Of a stretch of DNA of 64,000 nt, positions 9,273 through 18,365 are shown piece by piece (the first letter of the stretch is position 1; the number at the start of each line of letters is the position of its first letter). Both the position numbers and the translations under genes were made by a program. The notes beneath the pieces are model-generated. The model saw only the letters and a program-made list of their open reading frames with translations, was not told the origin of the DNA and did no database searches. The DNA is from a virus (taxonomy: Duplodnaviria > Caudoviricetes). The stretch lies in the IMG/VR virus record IMGVR_UViG_3300037067_019009, positions 148,669 to 212,668 of that record, one strand, 5' to 3'.

Positions 9273-10919
9273 TTGGCTATAATTGAAACAAACTTACCAC
9301 TCCGTCCAATAACTGGTTTCAGACGTATAGACGCCACGGAAGCCAGTTACTCTATTCCAAGAATAGGCAACCCTTCTCCTGAGATGGATTATGGGTTTTC
9401 TAGGGCACACTCACTTCTTAACGGAAATTCTCGCACTCTGAAAGATATACAGAATGGCTACATGACTGATGGTTATATTCATCAGGCCGTAAGCAGATAT
9501 GCGGAAAAGGTTATAAAAGAGGGCTACTACTTTTCAGGCGAGGAAGCTCCGGTAAAATACCTACAGACTCGTCTTGATATGATGACCGTGGCGACTGGAG
9601 AATTTTTCTTCACCCCAATACTTGAAGCCCTACGAGACTATATCAAGTACGCTAATGGTTACCTACTAAAGGCCAGATATGACAGCTCGGTTGTGTTATC
9701 GGGTCCCAAGGTTAAAGGGATCAGACGTATACAGGGAATTAATGGTAAAGGCCCAATTGGGGGGTACTACAGCGTTTCTCCTCTTCATGTGAGCCCTAAA
9801 ACTGAATACGTTAATGGCGTGTCTACTCAGACCGGGTGGTACATCGATAGCTGTGTTTCTGGCATGAAGACTGTGGATAAAGATGACCTTATCCACATAA
9901 CGTACGATAAACAATCTGGTAGCATTAGTGGGATTCCGTGGGTCATACCAGCGTTGGAAGACGTAAGAGCGCTTAGGGCGCTGGAAGAGATGGTCATACA
10001 GCTTGTATTTAAAAGCCTCAACCCACTAATACATCATGAGGTGCCTGATTCCACGGGAACCGGAAGAGGCAGACAAGAAGATGTAACTCGAACCGCGCAA
10101 AAACATGATGTAATGGCCGTTAACGGCTACATTATTACTCCTCCTGGCCACAAGATTCAGATGATTGGAGCTGAGTCCAAGGCCCTACGAGCCGAAGGCT
10201 ACCTAAAAATGCTCCGTTATAGAGTGTACGCTGCTCTTGGGGTCAATCCAGTAATGATGGGAGAGGCAAGTACCACTGGAGTCGGAGTTACTGAAGGCTT
10301 TACTGCCATCATGCACGACAGGGTGCGGTTCTTTCAGAAAGAATTTGCAGACGCGCTTACTTACGGTATGCTTTGGGAGTTGTTGGAGGAGGGGGGTTAC
10401 TCCCCAGCGATGAACTCAGTGGATCGTGCGTACTGGGTGTTTAACGAAGTAGACATAGATCGTAGGATAAAGGAAGAGTCCAACAACTTACTCAAATATC
10501 ATGGAAACGCCATAACGGAACCAGAGCTTCGAGCGACGCTTAAGATGTCCCCAATTGCTGAATCTGATAGAAAAGACATGTACCTGAACTTAGTTCAAAT
10601 TCCGCAGATTACCGCCCAAGCTTCAGCTAGAGGAAGCGCCTACCAAAATGCTACACAAGAGGCGGCAACTAATATAAGCATAGACGGACTTAAAGCATTC
10701 TTGACCCCCAGTGTTACTTCCGGTGTTATTGATTCCGAGCATTTATGCCTTCAGGCAAAAGGCTACGCGGATGCACATGGATTTGATTTCATGGTTAAAG
10801 ACTCTATAAATGACGCTATTGTTTTGTTTTGTGCTTCTACATCCGAATCGGATTCCATAGTTGAAAAAGTTAGTAAGCTGCATGCTTATCTGGATGTATA
10901 TGCACAGACTTTCGGTTAG
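9273..10919 (+). CDS. Portal protein
   Basis: DYIKYANGYLLK, DLIHI...SGIPWVIPAL, VYAALGVNPVMMG, AITEPELRATLKMSP; size and position between terL and the protease. Confidence 0.88.
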   Translation: MAIIETNLPLRPITGFRRIDATEASYSIPRIGNPSPEMDYGFSRAHSLLNGNSRTLKDIQNGYMTDGYIHQAVSRYAEKVIKEGYYFSGEEAPVKYLQTRLDMMTVATGEFFFTPILEALRDYIKYANGYLLKARYDSSVVLSGPKVKGIRRIQGINGKGPIGGYYSVSPLHVSPKTEYVNGVSTQTGWYIDSCVSGMKTVDKDDLIHITYDKQSGSISGIPWVIPALEDVRALRALEEMVIQLVFKSLNPLIHHEVPDSTGTGRGRQEDVTRTAQKHDVMAVNGYIITPPGHKIQMIGAESKALRAEGYLKMLRYRVYAALGVNPVMMGEASTTGVGVTEGFTAIMHDRVRFFQKEFADALTYGMLWELLEEGGYSPAMNSVDRAYWVFNEVDIDRRIKEESNNLLKYHGNAITEPELRATLKMSPIAESDRKDMYLNLVQIPQITAQASARGSAYQNATQEAATNISIDGLKAFLTPSVTSGVIDSEHLCLQAKGYADAHGFDFMVKDSINDAIVLFCASTSESDSIVEKVSKLHAYLDVYAQTFG

Positions 10920-10970
10920 GTAACTAACCCGCACATCTGGCCACAACAAACTTCACACTACGAGGGACAA

Positions 10971-11300
10971 ATGCCTGGATATATGTTTTTTATAGCTGGG
11001 GTGATCGGTGCTATAGTATCCGCTAACCTTAGAGACGGAGGCCTAGAGCTTCCTACGATCGTACAGTTAAGGAATGGGACAGGTAAAAAGCTGTGCTTAG
11101 GATGTTTGGTTGGACTGATATGCGGTGGGTTTGCTGGATATTACGCTGACAATACTTGGTTAAACGCCGGTATTTGGGGATTCGGTGGCCAGTACTTTAT
11201 CGAGAGTGGCGGCAGAAAGCTGATAACTACTGTTACCGATGTAGTTAGCGGCAAGGATAGTGGGGCGAAAGGAGGAGACAATAGTATTGCCGCGCAGTAA
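10971..11300 (+). CDS. Small multi-TM membrane protein, holin-like (DUF4257-type)
   Basis: 2-3 Gly-rich hydrophobic helices (FFIAGVIGAIVS; LGCLVGLICGGFAGYY; AGIWGFGGQYFI) and a charged tail. Confidence 0.5.
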   Translation: MPGYMFFIAGVIGAIVSANLRDGGLELPTIVQLRNGTGKKLCLGCLVGLICGGFAGYYADNTWLNAGIWGFGGQYFIESGGRKLITTVTDVVSGKDSGAKGGDNSIAAQ

Positions 11301-11320
11301 CACGAATATCAGTGAGGTGA

Positions 11321-12235
11321 ATGATGGATGAGATGCGGAGGTACTTTGAGTCTATAACGCTCCCGGTGCCTACAAGATACGAAGACCTAAGACATGTTAC
11401 CGAAAGTTTTGGCGACGACCTTCCGTTTGCCATATTTCCCGAAATACATGTTATTACGGCAGATAAAGTTACGAAAAACTATACCTACTACCCCTACAAG
11501 TCTTTGAAGGGGGATCCTAATGCTGGCACAGGCATCACTTCTTTTTACTACCCATATAACGTACCGATCATAAAAGATCACAACACAAGCGGAGGTTTCT
11601 TCGGTGGGGAGGGCTGCGCTCCTTATGGAAGGGTATATCACGCCGCTTTGAAACAGCCAAAGAACGCTTCTAAGTGGGTGCAGGCAGTGCCTGCTATAAC
11701 AGATCCTTGGGCGATAGAGATGATTCTCACGAAAAGATTCCTGACTGTTTCATTAGGAAGCGAGACGGATGAGGTTAAGTGCTCTATTTGTATGGCGCAG
11801 CTTGGGGAGAAGAAGGCCCCTAATATGATCGAGGTGGGTAGGTGCGATCACTATAGAGGCGAGGTCTATGACGAGGGATTGTGCTATTGGGTTATAGGTC
11901 CTATCAAAGCTTTGGAGACCAGTTTTGTAAACGAGCCCGCTGATGATGAAGCTGGTGTAGTTAGGCCTGACATAGGTGAGGCCGCTAGGGCTCTCATAGT
12001 TGGAACAGATGGAGAAACCCTTCTAGACATGGCTACCAGTAGTAAGGAATCGGCAGAGGCTTATAGGTCTACTTCTCTTTGTGTGAGTAAGGAGACTTTC
12101 AATACGATCATGAAGAGAGCAGAAAAGTCTAGAAAAGCGTATGAATACGCCGTTGGTGAAACACCTAGGCTAGGCCACCTGACGGTGGATGAAGATAAGA
12201 TCATGGCCTTTCATTCTAAGTTGAGAGGCTACTAA
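11321..12235 (+). CDS. Prohead (capsid maturation) protease
   Basis: PIIKDHN, GRVYHA, FLTVSLGS, CSIC...CDH zinc-finger insertion, ETSFVNEPAD. Confidence 0.88.
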   Translation: MMDEMRRYFESITLPVPTRYEDLRHVTESFGDDLPFAIFPEIHVITADKVTKNYTYYPYKSLKGDPNAGTGITSFYYPYNVPIIKDHNTSGGFFGGEGCAPYGRVYHAALKQPKNASKWVQAVPAITDPWAIEMILTKRFLTVSLGSETDEVKCSICMAQLGEKKAPNMIEVGRCDHYRGEVYDEGLCYWVIGPIKALETSFVNEPADDEAGVVRPDIGEAARALIVGTDGETLLDMATSSKESAEAYRSTSLCVSKETFNTIMKRAEKSRKAYEYAVGETPRLGHLTVDEDKIMAFHSKLRGY

Positions 12236-12297
12236 ACGCCAAGCGCGAAAGGAGGCAGGCGTTGGACTATTATGTATAATCCATCGCCTTACTAAGT

Positions 12298-13626
12298 ATG
12301 AAGAAATTTTATGCTCTTCGTCTGGTGGATTCGGCCTATCAGGTAGAGTTTCCTTTCTATTGTATGGACGCGGAGTCTAAGGAAGAGGTTGAGCAGGCCA
12401 TAGATGCCATTAATCACTCTAACTTGACTCCGGAACAAGTTAGCGGAATGCTCGGAGTTATATTAGCTAATATTGACGATGAGTTATTTTCTTCGGAGGA
12501 GAAGACCAACCTGTTTGGTGAAATAACTCCCGCTGAAGAGACGGCTCCGTATGCGATAGAATTAGGCGAAAACACCATACCACTTTTGTATAATTTCATT
12601 CCAAACGCCATAGATGGCGAATGTGTAGAATGGAAGTATACTGTTGCCGCGGAAAATTCTCATGAGCTGGAGGATCTTAAGGAGAAGCTGGCAGAGGCTG
12701 AGAGGGCAATGGAGGCCGCAATGAGCTTTGATGAGGCGGTTGTTCCATTCCAAAACCTCCCCCTTGCGGAAGACAGTACGACATGGGATCAAGAGGATGC
12801 CAGAGCTAAGCTTAAGGACTGGGCTAACGGGGATATGTCCAAATATAAGAGGGGGTTTGTATGGTATGACGCCGAAAAAGCTGATAACTACACATCTTAT
12901 AAGTTCCCCATAGCCACTATTATTAATAGTAAGCTGACAGCTGTTCCGGGAGCAATATCCGCAGCCGCTGGCAGACTCGCGGGTTCTAAGATTCCAGCGG
13001 GAGATAAGCCTGGGGTCAAGGCCCATCTTAACAAGTACTATAAGAAGATGGGTAAGCCTTATCCTGGTGAGTCGTATGAGGATATGGAGTTTGCTGCCGG
13101 CACACTGGATGCTGATAATATCATCAAGGAAGCCGTAGCTAAAAAAACTTCTGAACTGGAAAGTAAGGTTGATTCCCTCAACGAGACTGTATCACAGAAA
13201 GATTCCATGATAGCCTCACTTCAAGAGGCCGCAGTGGAGCTTAAAGCCTACAAGCATTACTCACTTGCTAGAGAAGCTGCCGAACTTGCTAGCAAGCTTG
13301 AGAAGCCTGTGGCTAAAGACAAGTTACTAGATGACCTTTGTGCGCTGTTTGTAACGAGGACCGATGAATCACTCAAAGATACCATTGCCGACCTCAAACT
13401 AGAGCTGGATTCAGTAGATGAATCGGGTAGTTCTATTAAGGTAGAGTCAATTACTAACCCTCTTGGTGTAGTCGCTGACGCTGGCGCCAGCGGGTCTGAT
13501 CCAATAGTTCCAGACGAAACCTTTACGCAGACTCTGCAGGAGACTATAGAGGAGTCTGAAGACGACGTGTACACGGTGTACCTTCAAAGGCTAAATCAGG
13601 GACGAGATAAGAAAGCTAGCGCTTAA
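12298..13626 (+). CDS. Capsid scaffolding protein with inserted globular domain
   Basis: Acidic, coiled-coil rich, between the protease and capsid genes. Confidence 0.65.
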   Translation: MKKFYALRLVDSAYQVEFPFYCMDAESKEEVEQAIDAINHSNLTPEQVSGMLGVILANIDDELFSSEEKTNLFGEITPAEETAPYAIELGENTIPLLYNFIPNAIDGECVEWKYTVAAENSHELEDLKEKLAEAERAMEAAMSFDEAVVPFQNLPLAEDSTTWDQEDARAKLKDWANGDMSKYKRGFVWYDAEKADNYTSYKFPIATIINSKLTAVPGAISAAAGRLAGSKIPAGDKPGVKAHLNKYYKKMGKPYPGESYEDMEFAAGTLDADNIIKEAVAKKTSELESKVDSLNETVSQKDSMIASLQEAAVELKAYKHYSLAREAAELASKLEKPVAKDKLLDDLCALFVTRTDESLKDTIADLKLELDSVDESGSSIKVESITNPLGVVADAGASGSDPIVPDETFTQTLQETIEESEDDVYTVYLQRLNQGRDKKASA

Positions 13627-13646
13627 TCTTTTAAAGGAGAAATTAA

Positions 13647-15035
13647 ATGCCACTACTTGGTACTAACAAGCTTACTGGTCACGTTTGGCCAGGACAGCTG
13701 GAATGCTACAAGATTGAAGCTCCCGGCGAAGAGTGGGTTGTAGATCCGGCTCTTCCGATACTCAGCTATGATCCGAGGTTTGTCTCGGATGCCATAGTCA
13801 TTGGTCGTGGTAAATTGGTAGGTCCTAAATCTACCGCAACCGCCACCTCCTCGGGCATAACCCAGAGTTATGGGGCTGACCACAAGACATACCTTACAAT
13901 AGCCGACGGAATTAATGTCGCGCCTGTTGGGTATGCCCCGTACAATATTTTAAAAGACTGGAACAGTCGTACTAATGGTATGGCTCCAATTATGGCCAGA
14001 GACCACGCCATATCTGTTCCATACCTGAGCATAGCCAGCAGCGCGGAGACTTCTAACTCTGCGTTTGGAGAGCTTACTCAGGGCGATAAGGTTACCGCGC
14101 ACCCTGGCTACACCGTCAGCGCGGCGACAGCGTCTGATCCGCGCTTAAAAGGAATGATAGTAAAGTGGGTTCCAGAGACGGTATACACGGAGACCTACAC
14201 AGGTGCTACTTCCGGTACAACGGTAGTTTTAGCGGATGCTCCGTATCAGTGCTTTGAGCCTACATTACTTGGAGGCTATACTGCAGCCGGAGCGTACGTT
14301 ACACCATCGACCGCAACAACCAGCTGGAGCGCTACCGCGGGAAGCGACGGCCTTGGCCGCTGGACTGCTACTTTTGCCTCAGGCATTTTAGAGATTATCT
14401 ATGCTTATGGGCAGAAGGCCAGCATGATTGCCGGAGAGGTGTATGGTCTCGAGACCTTGGACGACCTTCCTGGCTATTTGAAGTGGGTTAAAGATAACTT
14501 TGGCGCATGGAGCTTGCCTCTCATGTACCCAAATAACTCGACGTCTACTTCTACTACTCCCGCCAGCTCCGCCATGCTTTCTTTGGGTAATGGAGCGTTC
14601 TCGTTCGCTAAGGACGGAACCTCGCCAGTCTATACGAGAATCGATGCGTCCAAGCCGATTACCGTTAAGCTTGCTACCGGTTGCATCTACGCGGACGAAA
14701 ACAATGATCTTCAGACGACTTCGGCGTTGACTACCCTACCGGCGGCTGATTTTGAGGGTGCTGATTATACGCAAGGTAAGAACTATAATATCAACCCTAT
14801 CACTGGTACGATCCAGTTCTTCGGGGTTTATGATTCGGATATGGGCGCTTTGGAGACAGACGACTTCACGGTTACCTTCTATGCCGAGTCTACGGCTACT
14901 AGCCGAAGCGCTAATGTGTATGAGCCTAGGGGCCTTGTTGGACTTACTGATGGCTCGCTGAACGGCGTTGTGGGTACTGAGCCTCAGTACAACCTCACTG
15001 GAGCGATTGGTATCCTGAGGGTCGCCATCCACTAA
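13647..15035 (+). CDS. Head decoration / minor capsid protein, Ser/Thr-rich
   Basis: Strong RBS AAAGGAGA, directly upstream of the MCP; VIGRGKLVG...PVGYAPYNI beta-rich pattern. Confidence 0.65.
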   Translation: MPLLGTNKLTGHVWPGQLECYKIEAPGEEWVVDPALPILSYDPRFVSDAIVIGRGKLVGPKSTATATSSGITQSYGADHKTYLTIADGINVAPVGYAPYNILKDWNSRTNGMAPIMARDHAISVPYLSIASSAETSNSAFGELTQGDKVTAHPGYTVSAATASDPRLKGMIVKWVPETVYTETYTGATSGTTVVLADAPYQCFEPTLLGGYTAAGAYVTPSTATTSWSATAGSDGLGRWTATFASGILEIIYAYGQKASMIAGEVYGLETLDDLPGYLKWVKDNFGAWSLPLMYPNNSTSTSTTPASSAMLSLGNGAFSFAKDGTSPVYTRIDASKPITVKLATGCIYADENNDLQTTSALTTLPAADFEGADYTQGKNYNINPITGTIQFFGVYDSDMGALETDDFTVTFYAESTATSRSANVYEPRGLVGLTDGSLNGVVGTEPQYNLTGAIGILRVAIH

Positions 15036-15043
15036 ACAAGTAA

Positions 15044-15067
15044 GGGGAGTGGTTCTATCTGCTCCCC
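15044..15067 (+). other. Intergenic hairpin before the MCP (RNA stability/processing element?)
   Basis: GGGGAGTGG/CTGCTCCCC stem, no U-tract. Confidence 0.4.
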
Positions 15068-15091
15068 ATGACTACCATAAAGGAGAAATCA

Positions 15092-16231
15092 ATGAAAAAG
15101 CTTTTCGAGGAAATCCTCCATGAGGCTCAGAAGCCGAAGTCCGTTCAGATCGGAGATAAAGTAATTGATGAGAAGACCATAGAAAAGAACGTTGGGGTCA
15201 TCTTATCACTCATGTCGACTTCTGGAGAAAGCCTGGGGCTGCCTCATGTTGATATGAGGGAGGCTTTGGGCGCGGCTGATGCCTCTATCCTATTCCCAAG
15301 GGCGATAGATCTACAGCTGATCAAGCCTATTGAGCCCGCGCCACTAGCGTCTACGCAGTTGGCAAAGGTTATTACTATAGATAGCGGTGCTCGTTCGGTT
15401 GTATTCCCTACGCTCGGAGCCGTACGCGGCGCTGAGATCGGAGATACGCAGAATTATCCCGAAGTTCATCCAGGTTTTGCGGAAAACACTACGGAAGTTA
15501 AGACCAAAAAGCATGGTCTTATGATCCCTGTTTCGGAGTATGTCATTTCAGAGTCCATGTGGGACGTGTTAGCACTCTTCTTGGAGTGTGGACGAAATGC
15601 TATGGTAAGGCTTAAGGAAGAGAAGTGCTTCAAGGAGCTGACGCTCAATTCCCATGTGGTATTTGATAACGATATCTCTGACACTGATGCTCAGACTACG
15701 GGCACTGACATTACCGGAGGCCTGAACTATACAATAACCTGGCTCGACTTGGTCGATATGGTATCCGTGCTTCTGGCTAATGAGTTCAACCCAACTGACG
15801 TTTGTATACACCCGCTACTCTGGTCGGCGTTTGCTAAGGATCCCATCCTTTCTTACCAGGTAGTGCAGTCGGGTAATGTGGGACAGTTCTTCCAGGCTGC
15901 TGGAGCACAAGGACTTAGCACGTCGATGCCGGTTCCGTATAATCTGAATGTGAGTCCTTATATCGATTACACGGCAAGCGACACAGTCCAGTCTTTGACT
16001 GGTCCATCGACTAGTATTCATATTCTCGACAGAAGCAGCTCTTTAGTTCTTCTGGTGAAGGAAGCTCTTTCTACGGACGAGTTCACCGACCCATATCGAG
16101 ACATAAGGAATATCAAAATCAAGGAGTACTATGGCGTTGGAACTCTCAACGCTGGTAAGGCCTCCGTAGTTGCTAAGAAGGTAAGAGTAGCAGTTAACGC
16201 TGCGCCGCTCTATACGATAAGGACTATCTAG
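15092..16231 (+). CDS. Major capsid protein (HK97 fold)
   Basis: REALGAADASILFPRAI, AEIGDTQNYPE, KKHGLMIPVSEYVISES, VCIHPLLW, IKIKEYYGVG; start at ATG 15092 behind AAAGGAGA. Confidence 0.9.
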   Translation: MKKLFEEILHEAQKPKSVQIGDKVIDEKTIEKNVGVILSLMSTSGESLGLPHVDMREALGAADASILFPRAIDLQLIKPIEPAPLASTQLAKVITIDSGARSVVFPTLGAVRGAEIGDTQNYPEVHPGFAENTTEVKTKKHGLMIPVSEYVISESMWDVLALFLECGRNAMVRLKEEKCFKELTLNSHVVFDNDISDTDAQTTGTDITGGLNYTITWLDLVDMVSVLLANEFNPTDVCIHPLLWSAFAKDPILSYQVVQSGNVGQFFQAAGAQGLSTSMPVPYNLNVSPYIDYTASDTVQSLTGPSTSIHILDRSSSLVLLVKEALSTDEFTDPYRDIRNIKIKEYYGVGTLNAGKASVVAKKVRVAVNAAPLYTIRTI

Positions 16232-16243
16232 TTCTACTGACAT

Positions 16244-16272
16244 GGGGTGGGCATGCCCCACCCCTCTCTATT
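16244..16272 (+). terminator. GC-rich hairpin after the MCP, putative (weak) terminator
   Basis: GGGGTGGG-CATGC-CCCACCCC followed by pyrimidine-rich TCTCTATT. Confidence 0.5.
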
Positions 16273-16289
16273 CCTAAACGGAGCACACT

Positions 16290-17855
16290 TTGGTAGATTT
16301 TTCCAGCTCATACTATCCCGCCATCATATCTACACTTCCTGCTGCCACCAGTACGGGTATTTCCAGAGACACCGAAATTGAAATCAGATTTTCTCTGGAT
16401 ATAGCCTTGCCTCATGACTATGAGGAAGACGAGGCTGGACTAAACGCGCAGCTTAACGAGCTGGTTACTCTATTTCCTACCGCATCTCCGATGAAGCTCC
16501 CCGTGGTATTTGCGGACTATGATACGTCGCACTACCTACTTACCATTGCTCCTTCTGCTGATCTGACTCCAGGCGAGACGTACACTATTATATGTTCTAG
16601 AGAGTTCAGATCCGTGGGCGGGAGGGGGATGACCGATGACTATACCTGGTCATTCACTGTAGATGACTATGGGGTTGATAAGGTATTGCTTATCGACCCG
16701 GCAGACAATACGTATTATGCCTCGGTTCCGACACTTTCTTGGTATGCCGCTAGCGGAGCTAGCAGATACACGATAGAGATAGCTGATACTCTGGTTTTTT
16801 CTTCCGCGGATATAGTTTACACTGCTAGTGTGTCCGGAACTTCGCTAGATAATATATCAGCTTCGGAGTTCAGAGACGGAACCACATACTACTGGAGAGT
16901 CTGTGGATTGGATGCTGATGGGGGACCCGGCCCATGGAGCGATACCAGAGCATTCAGGATAGACTCTACTCCAGATACCGCTCCTGCCTCCAGGGTAAGG
17001 GATGTTTTTACACCCTTCGCGGTTTCTGTGCTCTACCCGGAGCAGGAAAGCGTCGTATCCGTCGGTGCCTTGTCCCCTGTAGTTACGTTTTCCAGAGATG
17101 TAGACGCAAGTTCTCTCACTGGAAAAGTTACTTTGTCTGTTACACATGTAGACGGAGAATCGGTTGCCTCGTCTACGATATCGTCGCTTGCTGGCACTGT
17201 CTCCGACGCTGTCGTGCTATTCGACCCTATAACAGTAGAGAGCAATAAACTATACACCATTATTCTTGCTCCAGGCATCTCTTCTACGGACGGTAAACTA
17301 TTATCTTCCGCCACTAAGTTGGTGTTCACTGGGCCGTATGTCCCTCTTTACTCATCGTCTGATGCTGTGCGGAGTCTATACGGAGAGTTCTTGTCTATTT
17401 ATTCTGACGCTGATATCGTGTTTCAGCTGCATCGAAACTCCGTATTGTGCAATAAGATGATAGATGATGCCGCGGCGGCTGCTACCACTATTACTCTAGG
17501 TAGCGGAACGTTACTCGAGGACCTGTTGACCCAGAAGGAAGTCACCTACGAAATAAGGCACTTTGTTGAAATTCGTACAGCCTACTGCCTAATACAGAAT
17601 TATCAATTTCAGCTACTTAGAGAAGTCGACAGGCGCACTCAAGTAGATACGTATACAGCTGAGACAGGCGCCAGGCTTCTTCAAGAGATAGCCGATATAT
17701 TGGCTAAGCTGAAAGATGACATGACTGATGCTGAGGTCAGCGTTGTGTCTGGTGGAGCTCCTTATCCAGAGGTCGGTGTAAGGTCCAGCAGGTGGAGGGT
17801 GGCAAATCTCTATGATGATTGGTCCACGGCCAGGTTGAGAAGAGGAAAGTTTTAG
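16290..17855 (+). CDS. Ig-like (Big_5/Fn3) domains fused to a head-tail adaptor-like C-terminus
   Basis: IEIRFS...LTPGETYTI...DYTWSFTV; PTLSW...YYWRVCG...PWSDTRAF; VVTFSRDVD...LYTIILAPGISS; C-terminal PLYSSSDAVRS helical domain; follows the MCP. Confidence 0.7.
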   Translation: MVDFSSSYYPAIISTLPAATSTGISRDTEIEIRFSLDIALPHDYEEDEAGLNAQLNELVTLFPTASPMKLPVVFADYDTSHYLLTIAPSADLTPGETYTIICSREFRSVGGRGMTDDYTWSFTVDDYGVDKVLLIDPADNTYYASVPTLSWYAASGASRYTIEIADTLVFSSADIVYTASVSGTSLDNISASEFRDGTTYYWRVCGLDADGGPGPWSDTRAFRIDSTPDTAPASRVRDVFTPFAVSVLYPEQESVVSVGALSPVVTFSRDVDASSLTGKVTLSVTHVDGESVASSTISSLAGTVSDAVVLFDPITVESNKLYTIILAPGISSTDGKLLSSATKLVFTGPYVPLYSSSDAVRSLYGEFLSIYSDADIVFQLHRNSVLCNKMIDDAAAAATTITLGSGTLLEDLLTQKEVTYEIRHFVEIRTAYCLIQNYQFQLLREVDRRTQVDTYTAETGARLLQEIADILAKLKDDMTDAEVSVVSGGAPYPEVGVRSSRWRVANLYDDWSTARLRRGKF

Positions 17856-17857
17856 TT

Positions 17858-18361
17858 ATGCAAACCCTGGACAGGTTTTCTGCCTTCCTTTACAAGCATG
17901 CTCCATGGGTCATTTACATAAGGCGGGATGAAAATTTCACCTGCCAGTATTGTAGTCCTGACCCTAATGCTGGCGAAGGGGATCCTACATGTCCGATGTG
18001 CATGGGGACCGGATATCCAGTTACTTTAGAAAAGGTCAAGGTTCTTATTGCCAAAGCCAACAGGACAGCAAGACCCAACTCAGATAATCTTCCTGGACTA
18101 GTCTCGTTAGGGGAAATACGCGCCTATTTTACTAAAGATGATCTTCCAAAGCAAGGAGATTATTTGTTAGAGGTGGAGTGGACCGTAGACTCCGACTACG
18201 TGGAGTCTGTGGGTGAGCCGGTTTCCATTATTCATGCTTATAAAGTGGACACTCTAGAGCCCCAGTATGACGAAGATATACTATACTTCTCCGGCGTTCT
18301 AGATGTTATGGACACTAAGAAGGCCCCACTGGAGAAAGCTCTCTTTACGAGGAATCAGTAA
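17858..18361 (+). CDS. Head closure/neck protein with CxxC-CPxCxGTG zinc finger
   Basis: TCQYC...TCPMCMGTGY; position between adaptor and sheath; start at ATG 17858 behind AGAGGA. Confidence 0.6.
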   Translation: MQTLDRFSAFLYKHAPWVIYIRRDENFTCQYCSPDPNAGEGDPTCPMCMGTGYPVTLEKVKVLIAKANRTARPNSDNLPGLVSLGEIRAYFTKDDLPKQGDYLLEVEWTVDSDYVESVGEPVSIIHAYKVDTLEPQYDEDILYFSGVLDVMDTKKAPLEKALFTRNQ

Positions 18362-18365
18362 GTAA

